Program-made: the position numbers and the translations under genes
Origin: Selaginella moellendorffii
Lineage: Eukaryota; Plantae; Lycopodiophyta
NCBI RefSeq assembly: GCF_000143415.4
Contig: NW_003314280.1
Span: forward strand, 1,111,663-1,175,662
Reading direction: 5' to 3'
Length of the DNA stretch: 64,000 bases
The notes under the pieces: generated by a model
Databases searched by the model: none
Seen by the model: only the letters and a program-made list of their open reading frames with translations
Told to the model about the DNA's origin: nothing
Shown here: in pieces, positions 22,638 through 38,227 of the stretch
Layout: each line of letters begins with the position of its first letter
Position numbering within the stretch: position 1 is the first letter of the stretch

Positions 22638-24939
22638 TCAGGCTCGTTCCTCCCATTTGTCTCTCAGAAATGACCATGGTCCCGTTGCGAACGTTAGCCT
22701 GCATCGCTCAAAAACTTTAAACTGGTAGTAAGACCATCTAATTACCTCAAAAAGCCAGCAGCAGCTCGCAAAGCCATGACAAGCGTCAGGCCCATCCAGA
22801 CTCCTGGAAGTCCGAACCTCCTAGGAGCCAATAGTAAAACAGCTGAAGAAACTAGTGCGTTTGACATCTGCCAAAAAGAGAATAGAAATGTAGACATAGC
22901 AAGTACAATCTTACCATTGCATATGTCGAGTATCTGAAATCGGAAGCACCATAGTGAATCCCATCAAAAACAAAAGCAAGCGAATTGATCGGTTGCGTCA
23001 AAGCAACGAACTACAAAAACAGACAATGTATCTCTTGTAAAAAAGAAGAAAAGCTTACTGGCATAATCGTAGACATCACTTTGAGCACCCCTATATCGCT
23101 GGTGAACAGCTTAGATAAAATACTGGAAGATGTACCGAGGATTGTGGTCATTAGAATTCCCAAAGAAAAGCCCATCTACGGAAGTGTAAGAAAAGAGAAA
23201 AGGTGAAAAAATATTAAAAAAAAGCCAAGCAGATTGACATACTTGCAAGACACGATAGGATACCAGTTTAGCCCGTCTATAATCTCTCTTTGCAAATGCA
23301 CCAGCTAGAAGAGCCTGAAAAGCTACGGGTTAGCTACTTAGAAATTTTGAACTCCAATTGTTTCTACCTGGACAGCTATTGCCAACGAATCTGAAAGTAG
23401 CGACGCAGCAAGCCAAAGTTGCATACAAACTTGATGAGCTGCCATTGGTATGGTGCCTTGACGGGTAGCCATCGACGTAGACAAGGTCATTATTGAAAGA
23501 ATAGATAAAGTGCGACCAAGAAGGAGCCCGCCTACAGAGAATGTCAAAGTTGCAAAACTAGTAAATGAAGCATACCATTTTTCAAAAAGCGCTCAAATTT
23601 CAGATCTTTGAGCTTGGGCGGTAATAGGATCGCTCTTTTGTTAAGGCACCACAGCAAATAAAACATCATCGCATATCTACAGCGACAAACGTAAATAGCT
23701 AAAAAAACGTAAGCGACAAAATGTAAGCTTACTGTGATGCTCCATATGCAAATGCCGCACCCACTACGCCGAATTTTAGACCAAATATAAGAGTTGCCCC
23801 CAGGACAATGTTTGACAAACTTGCAATCGCTGAAAAGAGAGAATTAGTCGTAAACAAACTCATCGAGTGACATACCGGTTGCATAGAGAGGCGTCTTGGT
23901 GTCCTTCAATCCGCGAAAAATACCTTGCAATGTCAGTGAAAGCACGGCTGCTGGCGCCGCAAGAGCCCGAAAAACGAGATACTGTCTTGCAGGTGGTGCC
24001 ATTACTGAATCCTACAAACATTTAAATAATTCTTGCAAGCAGACTTAAAAACTCATGTTGTACCTTGGCGACGCCCATCAGTTTAAGCAATCTCCCACCT
24101 TGACATCCCAGTAACAACGCTTCGATTAACCCGATTGCACAGCCGAGGACGAGAGCGGAAGAAACAGCAGGCAGGACTTGTTTGCCGTATTTTTTTGCGT
24201 CGGACTGCTGCTCTGAAATCTAGCATCATATTCCCGCCTATGAAATACAACAGCAAAATCACCTGATCATCGGTGAGAACAGCAGCATCGTCCTCAGCTA
24301 CGAACGAAGTTGTCACGCTTAAAAGAGGAATGTTGAAGCACTTAGAGACGTAGTTGAAAGCCGAGATCGAAACTCCAACAGCAGCTAGCTCCACCGCTCC
24401 TGTAAACGTTTTTTCGGCTAAGGAACGAAAGAAGAGAGGAAAGAGAAAAAGGAATAACGAAGGTACCTAGCCTTCCTACAAATGCTGTCTCCGTAAGAAG
24501 CGCCAGCGGCTCAATCGCCTGACCGAGCAGCGCTGGAAACGCCAAAACCGCGACTTCTTTCGCGAGGCCGTCCTTGGCCACAATATCCTCAAGCAAACTC
24601 CTATCAATCAATCATACATCATCTCTACCTCACATTCTTCTCACGATCATACCTGTCAGCCGGAGGATTTCCATCAGCTTTATCAGCGAAAAGGACCTCA
24701 TCGGCGCTGAGGGAGCAAAATATCGATCGAGATCGCCTCCCGCGCGCCAAGAACAAGCAGCCCCCTCCACATCGAGCAAACGCGATGCCTGATTTGAGAT
24801 TCCAATGCCGAAAAGAAACCGTGTTGCTCGGAATTCGCGACCTCCCAGCCGCATTGAGCCGGGTCTGCGAGGGAGGATCGCGATCGACAGCGCGAAAGGA
24901 GAGAGCGGCGGGCACGGGAGGAGGCGCCAGCGCACCCAT
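22638..24939 (-). CDS. MATE/DETOXIFICATION transporter (DTX44/45-like, probable plastid transit peptide), multi-exon
   Basis: LAFPALLGQAIEPLALLTETAFVGRLG, VTTSFVAED, QGIFRGLKDTKTP, MAAHQVCMQLW, QPINSLAFVFDG, GPWSFL*. Confidence 0.9.
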
Positions 24940-25184
24940 ATCGCATTGAAATATAGAACCCTAAACCCCCATCGCTAGTACCAAATGGACAGATATTTAC
25001 ATTAACATAGAAGAGGTGCCACAAGTCGGCTTTCTTGCTCTTTCTTATTCATCCACGAATGCCTTGGATGATACGCCCGCGCACAAAAGAAGAAGAGTGA
25101 GCTCTCGGCCCAAAATTATATGAAACATGGAAAAGAGAGAAGAAGAAGAACCACCAAAATCCGCCAGTGATCTGGGAGAGAGAG

Positions 25185-29359
<4,175 letters not shown>

Positions 29360-30131
29360 TTCTTCTTCGTCTTTTGCCCGACCTAGGAATTTTTTCGATT
29401 CTCGATCTATCCTGAATCTACAATCCTCATCCCAGAACTCTTCTTCCCGCGCATTGAGCTATAGCCTAGGGCACCACTCACCTCACGGCGCCATGGAATC
29501 CTCGTCCCCGCGCGGCGGATCTTTCTTCTTGGATCCACCTGCGGGAGCCTGCGCAGATCCGCGTCATCGCTGCTGCTGCTCCCAAGCCCTAAACCTAAAA
29601 TCCGGAGGAAAAGAAGATCCCTGCTGCAAATCGGATGCTCCGGACGCCTGGATTCGCGCGACCTAGAATTTCCTCTTCTTTCCTCCCTCGCCCCTGCGGT
29701 GCTTTCACTGAGCTCTTGGCTCTGGTGGAGCCTTCCCCTTCTTAAAATTAAACCCCCATCCGACGGCCTGGAGAGCGCCAACGCGACACCGACGGCTGAG
29801 ATCTTGCCCCTCGTAAATTTCAAAAATGAAAAGAAAGAAAGGGAGGATTTAGGTCGAACCGCCATTGCTCCAATGTCTCGATCGATCATCAGGTGAATCA
29901 ATGAAATATTTCCAGGAGCTGAGATCCTCCCAGGCATAGCAAGCGCTGCGATTTCGTCTTGTGCGCGATCAACTGGTCCCTACGAAGAAATCGCTTGGCA
30001 GCGGAGCGATGTAGAACCGGGGTGCTCGATCGCTCCCTGGAGGTACGGTATTTCGAGCAATCGAGCTAGTTGCTACTTAGATCTCGTGAGTGCTTCCGAA
30101 AAAAAATCCTAGCTCCAAAAGAATTTCTTAT

Positions 30132-30230
30132 TTCCTCCATCCAGCTTGTGTTCTCGCTTGCTCGATCCTTCATCCAGCTTGTTTTCTCCTTGTCTTCTCT
30201 CTTTCTCGTTCCTCCATCCAGCTTGTGCTT
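30132..30230 (+). repeat. Three short imperfect direct repeats (TCCATCCAGCTTGT) downstream of the aspartic protease
   Basis: Copies at ~30136, ~30170 and ~30213, read directly. Confidence 0.7.
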
Positions 30231-30284
30231 CCTTATTCAAAACCAATCATTTTTATTGTACAATGTTTTCTTCCTCTCACTCAC

Positions 30285-31787
30285 TCACAACTGACGATTC
30301 AGCAGGATGGCAAGGACGATCGCCGCGATCAACTTGGAGTGGACGAGGAACGAGCCAGCAGCACCGCTACAGTCGGCTCTCTCGAATCCAACTCTCGATC
30401 TCTCGTTGTCATACTCCACGAGGTAATTGCTCTGCTGGTAGTTTCCCAGTACGTTGATCTTGCCAAAACCACTTTTCTGGGAGCTTAGGATCGCCAGGCA
30501 CACCGTAACTTCGTTGCCGGCAGCCGAGACCGGCACGAACAGATGCTCGAAGCGGAGCTCCAGCCTGACATTGTTCTGCAGCGACAGCCTCACCTCCGGC
30601 ACGCCGGGAAGGCTCGAGCCAGCCGAGATGTTGTAGCAGTCGTCGAACCCCGCGGCCGCGCCAACTTTCTTCCGCAAGCCTGACCGGTTGGAGGCGGCGA
30701 AAGCGTTGCGGAAAGCCGTGTAGGCGTCGTCCACGACCCGAGTGAAGGTGGTGCCCGAGTCGAGGACTGTGCCTCCATCGCCGGTGCTCGGGTCAAGCTT
30801 GAAAGCCGACTCTGGAATGGCCAGAGTCTTGCCGTCGACGGAGATGGAAGTGAGGCCGACGTAGTAGAGCTGAGAGCGAGCAGGAGTGACCGGGTTATCC
30901 AGCAGCGGCGTGTAGCCAACCTTGCTCTTGGATAGGCCCGAATCACCGAGAAAGATGACGCCGGTTGCTCGAGGCTGCCAAGGCTGCGATGGGAAACAGT
31001 AGCTGAACTTGCTGCCACCAAGCCGGTCCTTGAGCTGCGACGGCAGCGAGAGATTACCTCGGTTGAATCCCACGATGCCGAGGCTGCCGAGGTCGACGAG
31101 AAATCCCTGCGGGCTGTGAGCACAGCCAAAGGCAACGTCGCGGAACTGGACGGCTTGGCCGCTACTGTTGGTGCTGTTGAGAAAGATCACGTCCTGCGAG
31201 AAGTCCCCGGTGGAGTTTCGCGAGTCGCCATAGGAGAGCGAGTACGTGCAAGTGGCGGACGAGTTCACGCAGGGCTGGGACGAGCCATTGGAGGTTTGCT
31301 GCTGGACGGCCAGGCAGAGTTGCGAGATGCAAGGAACTTGGCGGTAGCTCTGGGAGGCTGCCGGGTCGAAGACAGGCCTGGAGCGGCTCCCGCACTGGAC
31401 TAGCACGGCCTCGCTCCCCGTGTCGATGATGGCGCTTAAGTTCTTCTGGAGTGAGCCGATTCCCAGCTGCATGGAGAAGAGCGCGTAGTCTTCGAGCGGC
31501 GTGACCACGGACCTCACTCCACTGGTTGGCCGATTCCCTCGCAAGTCAAGGTGATTGTTTTGGTTGTCTTGGACTTGAGACTGGATCCTGCTCAAGCTCT
31601 CACGGACTTGTTCCTGCAGGAAAGTTGGGAAGACTGGACGCCAAAAGGAGCTGAGAGGCCTGTCCTCTCCGGCGGCACGTACCACGAAGAAGCAAACGGC
31701 GATGGAGAAAACGCTTTTGAGTCGCTGACCATAGCTCTCGCTGGAGTTTGAGCGGAGATGGGAAAGAACTTCTCGCGATCGAGGCAT
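30285..31787 (-). CDS. A1-family (nepenthesin-like) aspartic protease with a hydrophobic C-terminal tail
   Basis: Intronless 500 aa; catalytic IIDTGSE and VLDSGTT, Cys-rich insert, LGNYQQ motif. Confidence 0.93.
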   Translation of the reverse strand: MPRSREVLSHLRSNSSESYGQRLKSVFSIAVCFFVVRAAGEDRPLSSFWRPVFPTFLQEQVRESLSRIQSQVQDNQNNHLDLRGNRPTSGVRSVVTPLEDYALFSMQLGIGSLQKNLSAIIDTGSEAVLVQCGSRSRPVFDPAASQSYRQVPCISQLCLAVQQQTSNGSSQPCVNSSATCTYSLSYGDSRNSTGDFSQDVIFLNSTNSSGQAVQFRDVAFGCAHSPQGFLVDLGSLGIVGFNRGNLSLPSQLKDRLGGSKFSYCFPSQPWQPRATGVIFLGDSGLSKSKVGYTPLLDNPVTPARSQLYYVGLTSISVDGKTLAIPESAFKLDPSTGDGGTVLDSGTTFTRVVDDAYTAFRNAFAASNRSGLRKKVGAAAGFDDCYNISAGSSLPGVPEVRLSLQNNVRLELRFEHLFVPVSAAGNEVTVCLAILSSQKSGFGKINVLGNYQQSNYLVEYDNERSRVGFERADCSGAAGSFLVHSKLIAAIVLAILLNRQL

Positions 31788-32085
31788 GATCTTTCGGAGC
31801 AGTGAATGGTCGTCGAACTTAAAGCAGGTTAGTGAAAGAATGGTAAATCACTGCTCACTAGTGGGAGGTGATGACAGATGCAAGGAAATAGTCAGGCCAC
31901 CGCGAAGTCAACTTTCCCAGAAGGAAAAAAAGATTTCTCGGCATAGTACGTCAACGAGGTACATGTTTTTCGTCTATTATCAGTGGCCTGCTGACGCTCT
32001 ACGTGACTCTGCCATGCAAACGCAATCGCTCAAAAACATTTTCCAGAAAGCAGCAATCAATACCTTGAATGATTTGCGTCGTCTC

Positions 32086-33588
32086 TCAAATCTGCGCACC
32101 CCAGACATCTTGCCTGGCTTTTAGTCGCCAGCCTTTGAGCTCGCTGCCCTCGATGCTGCTGATGGATGGAGCGATGTCCGAGCCTTGGGGAACTCTCACC
32201 CGAGCAACGAGCTTCTGCCGGGCCTTGAAAAGCGACACGGGTTCTCTCACCCCGAGCTGCTTTAGGTGCTGCTGGAGCTCCTCCTCCGTGACCGTCGGGT
32301 TGAGCTCCGAGATGAAGATGGTGGGATCGCTGTCGGCGTCGTCGCGTTTCAGAGGTGGCGGCCGAGTTTGAGCCGGGGCCAGCTTCACAAGCTTGCTAGT
32401 CTCCTTTTCAATCTTGTTCTTGACATCTCGCACGGCTCCCAGTTCGTAGAGCCGCTCTAGCGTTAGCTTGTCCCAAAGGATCTCTGGAATAGAAGTAGCG
32501 GTGACGATCTTGTTCGTAAGGTTGTGGAGTTATAACACACCTGTTGGCTTTGGGAGGCTCGTTCCTGTGAAGATGATTCTTGTTGGCGTGCATATAACAT
32601 CCACAGGAACGTCGTGTTTTGCCATGAGCTCGATTGGCATGTCACTTACGAGTTGCTTATCGTCCACTGCGAGCGAGAAAAGAGAGAAAGAAAAGAATAA
32701 GAACAAGCTCGCGATGAATAGAACTTAGTATTTACCTGTAGTCACCACCAGCGTTTTCTCGTTTATTTTCATGCGTCGAAGAAGCACGTATTCCATGTCT
32801 TCCAGGCCCTGTTATCCAATTCTCGGTATCAAGAACATTTCACTTTCGAAAAAGCTTTCTTACGTCGCCTTTGCCAATCCTTGCACCAGTTTGAGGATCA
32901 ACAGCAACGGAGCCAACCACAATGAAGTTGACAATGACGAATTCATCCATTTTCATGTCCCTCCCGAAATTTACAAACTCTGGGAACACTCTGGTTAGAG
33001 CCGAGTCGATCACATTGCAAAAAAGGAAGCCTTACTTCCTTTCATGCACGCCTCTGCTATCTGCGTGGTAGTCATGGCCGCGGGGTTGATCATCCTGAAA
33101 GTACCAGTTTGCAAGTGAGGAATAAGAACACTCTTCTTTGCTGCGACGTAAATGTAAGTTTTCGAAAGCCATGGTTTTCTACGAGCCCGGTACCTCGCAG
33201 TAGCATGGTTCTCACGGGCTTGAGAACCGTGTCGGATCCTACGCAAACGCAAAAAGAATCACGATACTCGGGCAATTTCCTCGAGAGCTGTGAGCCAACA
33301 ATCAAAGAAGAAAAACTAAGAGTTGAACGACGTAGAAACGAGGAAAGGATCGTCACTTACCGTGTACGCAGCCACATTTGCACCACGGAAGACGGGATAT
33401 CGATTCCTTGGCACTGTGCTCACGCCCGATTCGCACAAGCTCCACACTTTCTTCCTCACAGCCCATTTCCAAGCGGCCTCGCCGGATTCCGCCAATGCAG
33501 CTACATCGGAGCTCGATCGCGAGCTCGCCAGTCGATTCCAGCACGCCGACGCCGCCCGCCGAGCCCTGGAGCGCAGCGCAGCTTCCAT
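32086..33588 (-). CDS. MTHFSD: 5-formyl-THF cyclo-ligase-like (COG0212/MTHFSD) protein with a C-terminal RRM, paralog 1
   Basis: [29 protein letters not shown]|[18 protein letters not shown], then the RRM-like [19 protein letters not shown]. Exons join in frame. Confidence 0.85.
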
Positions 33589-33592
33589 CGCT

Positions 33593-33626
33593 CACCATAA
33601 ACCCTAGATACCCACCATAAACCCTA
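33593..33626 (+). promoter_or_regulatory. Two direct copies of CACCATAAACCCTA (telo-box AAACCCTA) between head-to-head start codons
   Basis: 33593-33606 and 33613-33626. Confidence 0.65.
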
Positions 33627-33636
33627 AAATTTCCAA

Positions 33637-35197
33637 ATGCTGAGGAAGCTCCGGGCGCCGCTCCCTCGCATTCCCTGGACGAGGAGCTCATCGTCCTCGA
33701 GCTCCACCTCCTCGAGCTCCTCTTTCGAGCCCCATGACACTTGGAAATGGCTGATCCGGCAGCAAGTCTGGGACACATTCCGGATGAAACAGCGCCGATT
33801 TCCAGTGTTTGACGATCCTCAGGCGGCGGCTGAGAAGGTTTGCGCGTAGATTTCGATTTCTTTGCGGCTCATCTCTTCCATCCAGGTCCGAAAGCTCCCG
33901 GAATTTCGAGAAGCTCAGTGCCTGTATGTGAGCCCCGATGCTCCACAAAGGCCAATGCGAGCGATGGTATTAACAAGTATTACGTGGGACTGCTCGATGG
34001 TTTCCTTTCTTCGCTCTCGCAGAGAGCAAAGCTTACGAAGCTCTCTCTTGGTTTGCAGACCAGAAAAAGCTTCTCGTCTCGCGATTGCCAAAGGGATTGT
34101 TCACGATGATGGATCCTGTTCACTTGTCCGATTTCGACACGATGAAAGCCTTGGAGCAACCAGGTGCGTGCTGCGATTTTCGGTGTGAGTTTGATCAAAT
34201 GAGAAGTATGATCCTTTTATCCTGCAGAGTTTAAGATGGATGGCATCCCGATTGGACTCGACGCAAGAATGAGAGTCCAACTCTTGGTCACTGGCTCTGT
34301 TGCTGTTGATCCAAAAACTGGAGCTCGTCTCGGCAAAGGCGAGGTGAGCTACTATCCATGGATCTTCCAAAGGAAAAATAATCTTTTCTTTCTCTTCAGG
34401 GCTACTTTGACATGGAATACGCAATTCTTCGTCATCTCAACATTGTCAACGAATCAACGTTAGTGGTTACTACAGGCGAGTGGCCGCTTTCCTTTCCTTG
34501 AAGGTTTTCAATCGATCTATCTAAAATTCCGATTTTTTTCCTTAGTGCACGATGACCAGCTTGTGATTGATCTTCCGGAAGACAAGCTCCTCAAGTACGA
34601 TGTTCCAGTGGATGTTATATGCACCCCAAAGAGGACCATCTACACCCAGACTAAAATCCCAAAGCCAAGTGATGGTAACGTGACAAATCTCCTCACTACC
34701 GTTGTCACTCTTTGATTTTTTTTCTGCAAGGTATTCTATGGGAGTGTGTGCCACGCCATATGCTCAGCAAGATGCCCGTCCTGCGAGAGCTCAAAGACGC
34801 AGTCGAGAAGAAGCGAGAGGCCGCTGTGGAAATGGCTGCAAAGACAGATCCACCGCTCATTGCTCCCATCGAGACTGGACCCGCGATTTTCATCAAAAGC
34901 CTCAATCCCACTCTCACGGAGCAGGAGCTCAAGTCACATTTGGAGCAGCATGGATTAGCGGCGGAGGAGCTGTCGCTCTACAGGACTGGAACCGGGAAAA
35001 ACGTTGCTCGAGCAGTGATAGCCCAAGGCACGGACGTGGAGAAATGCGTCACCGCGATCGACAACACAAAGCTCAAAGGCTGGATCATGAGAGCCAGGAG
35101 GGATAAACACACCAAGGAAGAGGAGCCACCTCCAGACCCGGCTATGGTGGCTCGGCAAGCAGCGGCTCAAAGGATCCGAGGCACGCGTTTCTTCTAA
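33637..35197 (+). CDS. MTHFSD: COG0212/MTHFSD-like protein with a C-terminal RRM, paralog 2
   Basis: [28 protein letters not shown]|[43 protein letters not shown]. Confidence 0.85.
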
Positions 35198-35403
35198 GCA
35201 AGTCGAAGATATCTACTTGGATCGTCGTCCTCGTCATCGCAGGGATTCACAGCAGTGTTGCAGTGGTAGAAGACGCGAAAGAATGGATGAACTATCAACG
35301 ATACGAGAGCTTCCTTCTTGATCGTCCTCCTTGGTGGAAGGCGTTTCTTTTCGGCCTTGATCTTGCTTGGCAGCGTGGTTTTCTTGTCCCAGCCGCTCTC
35401 CAT
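35194..35403 (-). CDS. Candidate 69-aa small basic protein (LPPRR motif)
   Basis: ATG-initiated ORF filling the gap between paralogs 2 and 3; RLPPRRTIKKE resembles a motif seen in short plant proteins. No independent support. Confidence 0.35.
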   Translation of the reverse strand: MESGWDKKTTLPSKIKAEKKRLPPRRTIKKEALVSLIVHPFFRVFYHCNTAVNPCDDEDDDPSRYLRLA

Positions 35404-35552
35404 TGGGAAATTTTTCTAGCACTCTAATGGGCTCCTCGTCCTTGCTTGGATTTCTCCTTAGAAATTTGACACTCTTTTATACTTCCAATAGGTCCCCGCG
35501 TTGTTTTTCAAAACTAGGTCCTTTTAGGGCTTTAGGAAGGGTTCTTGGAGAG

Positions 35553-37058
35553 ATGCGCGTGAGGATCTCGTCGCCGCGCGGAGAGATCAGGTGGGCGCTA
35601 CCGGCATTGACGATTTCCAGAAATTTTTCCGGGAGGAGGCCAAGATCAGAGAGGCCGAGCGCCGAGGACGCCTGGAAGTGGACAATCCGGAAGAAGGTTT
35701 GGGATTTGGTCGCGGGCCAGAGGGTCGTCAAGAGTCCCAAGAACAGGACTCCAAACTTCGAAGGCGCAGCGATCGCAGCGCACAAGGTTTGTGAGTTGTG
35801 AATCGAGGATGACTTGGTTTCCTTATTTTTTTCCCCCTTTGTGCTCTTGAGCTAGGAGAGCTATCTGCATTTCGCGATGCCAAGGTCGTCAACGTTGGCC
35901 CAGAGGCCGCGCAGGCACCCGTGAGGCTGATGACTCTGAGAGGTAAGTATCTTACAACCATAGAAAACTAAAAGCCACTACTCCTTTTTATCCTTTGCAG
36001 AGAGGAAGAAGCTTATTGTTCCTTGTCTCAGAAGGCTTGTCAAGGAATTCCTGGCCGAGGTCGATCCAAACGACATGACTCAAGAAGAGTTGGATGATCT
36101 CACTGACGAAGGTAGTCTCGTTCTTCTCTCGAAAATGTTTAACTGCGGTGCGCGTAGAGCTTGGACTTCCAACTAAACCTTTGCAGCTCAGTCCAAAGGC
36201 AGCATTTGAGGTGGACCTCGTTGTTCTGGGATCCGTGGCTGTCGATCCAAAAACTGGAGCTCGTATCGGTGACGGCCAGGTGAAAAACAAAAAACAGAAA
36301 GAGAGAAAATGCAATGTCAACTTTACCTCTTTCAGGGCCTGGAGGACTTGAATTACGCATTGCTTCGCTACATGGAAGCCATAGACAGCTCAACCCCGGT
36401 GGTCACAACAGGTTTGCATTTGTGTTCGTTTTACGAAAAAGCAACTAGCATTTGTCCCAGTTCACGAGAAGCAGCTTGTGGATGATATCCCAGTGGAGAA
36501 GATGATGTGCTACGACGTTCCAGCGGATATAATCTGCACGCCTGAGAGGACCATCTTCACCAACAGAAGCTTTCTCAAGCCAGATGGTAACGAGAAACCC
36601 ATTTCTCCTCGTTAGCAACTTTGCGATCTACAGGAATTTTCTGGGAAAGCTTGCAACCAGAAAAGCTCAGCCGAATCCATGCTCTCCAAATGCTGAAAAA
36701 ATCGCTCCAGAAGGAAATGCGACTCCCAATGGCTCCGTCACTCACACTCGCAAAGCTCAAGCGCTCCTCCATCATCGACGAGCCTTGCATTTTCCTGTCG
36801 GAGCTCTGCCCGAGCGTCACCGAGAGGCAGCTCCGGCAGCACTTGGAGGACCTGGGGGTGACAGCTCGCAAAGTTTTGGTGTTTAAAGCCAGCAGGAAGA
36901 TCGTTGCTCGGGCTATGGTGGACGAGGAGAAGATTGATGCTTACGTGAAAGCTATCAACGCGAGCACGAGACAGCTCGATGGGTGGTCGATAAGAGCGAG
37001 AAGAGACTCCTCGGCGATTCGAACCAAAGCGCGAGAGAAAGAACCTCTTGGCGATTGA
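35553..37058 (+). CDS. MTHFSD: COG0212/MTHFSD-like protein with a C-terminal RRM, paralog 3
   Basis: [10 protein letters not shown]...[26 protein letters not shown]|[37 protein letters not shown]. Confidence 0.85.
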
Positions 37059-37330
37059 CCAAGATCCTTTCTTTAATGTACAGAGCTATATGCCGCCATG
37101 CATTTATACGAAAGTTCTCTCTTTGTTCTGGAATCTTTGATGAGAGGTGGTAGGGCTTTTCACTCGTCAACGATCGTTCGGCGTTCTTGGTGTTTGCTTT
37201 GCTTTGAGATCCTTCGGGATTCTTGTATAAAAATGCCGCTCGCAGTGATATTTCTCTGCTTTGCTCTTAGGCGAGGGCGGTTCTTTGGCTCTCTTTCTCC
37301 ATTTTCTCTCCTTTCCGATTCGCCACAGCG

Positions 37331-37790
37331 ATGTCCTTCTCCATTGTTTCAGTCCGCTGCAATATCTGTGGAAGCACCATGAACTACGACGAGGTGCAAC
37401 TGCAACAACACGCTAACATCTGCAAGGTAAGACTCTGATCGCCATTCCTGTTCGTTTTGTCAAAATCTTTCTTTTCTGTGCCGGGCCCTTTCCCTTTGGA
37501 GCATACTTCCCATGGAAGTGTAGGCACGCCGGAGCTACGCGACCTTCTGCATCTGGTCGGCGAGCCTCAGGCGAGCGAAGGATTGGAGAGGCTTCTTAAA
37601 CTCGCCCTTGGAAGAGAAGCGCCCAAGAGGGCGAGACTTTCGTGCCCTTCCGGCCTCACGCTCCCACCTCTGGCGCAGCCTGTAAGTGGTTTTCATTGTG
37701 ATGAGCAGGAGAGCGTTAGCACCGGGACTTTTGGTTTTCGAGAAGGAAGTTCTCTATCTAGCATGGCAGCTGAATTCTTTCAGAGCGGCT
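37331..37790 (+). pseudogene. Deleted duplicate of the zinc-finger gene at 38902 plus the DUR3 5' region
   Basis: VRCNICGSTMNYDEVQLQQHANICK|GT matches exon 1 of 38902; CTTAAACTCGCCCTTGG is shared; CGGGACTTTT...GGAAGTTCTCTA...CTAGCATGG matches ~40002-40095. Confidence 0.7.
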
Positions 37791-37811
37791 GATCGAGAGA
37801 AACCGCTCGCT

Positions 37812-38220
37812 TGCATTGTCCCAGTTCACGAGAAGCAGATCCCAGCGGGGAAGCGACGACGTTCCAGTGGATATAATCCCCACGGCCTTCCATCCTCCGC
37901 CGCTGCTACGCCCGAGAGCTTTCTCAGTAGCGAGAAACATAGTTCTCTTCTCTACTTAGCTTCTTTGTGATCTACAGGGGGGAAACCTACAGAAACTTGC
38001 AACCAGTGAAGCTCAGCCGAATCCACGCACTCGAGCGTCACCCAGAGGCAGCTCCAGCAGCGCTTGGAGGATCTGGCAAAGTTTTCGTGTTCAAAGCCAG
38101 CAGGAAAATCGTTGCTCGGGCTATGGTGGACGCGATGCTTACGTGAAAGCCATCATAACCCCCACTCTAATGTATGGAGTTATATGCTACCATATCCATT
38201 CATATGAAAGTTCTCACTTC
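37812..38220 (+). pseudogene. Eroded partial copy of the 3' half of MTHFSD paralog 3
   Basis: GTCCCAGTTCACGAGAAGCAG, ACGACGTTCCAG and AAAGCCAGCAGGAA..ATCGTTGCTCGGGCTATGGTGGAC match 36454-36960, with many small deletions. Confidence 0.8.
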
Positions 38221-38227
38221 GTGTGCG

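Noticed and set aside
29407-29937. 176-aa ORF or possible snoRNA upstream of PI4KB
   Set aside because: No recognisable domain and no convincing C/D box pair with a terminal stem; probably promoter or 5' UTR.
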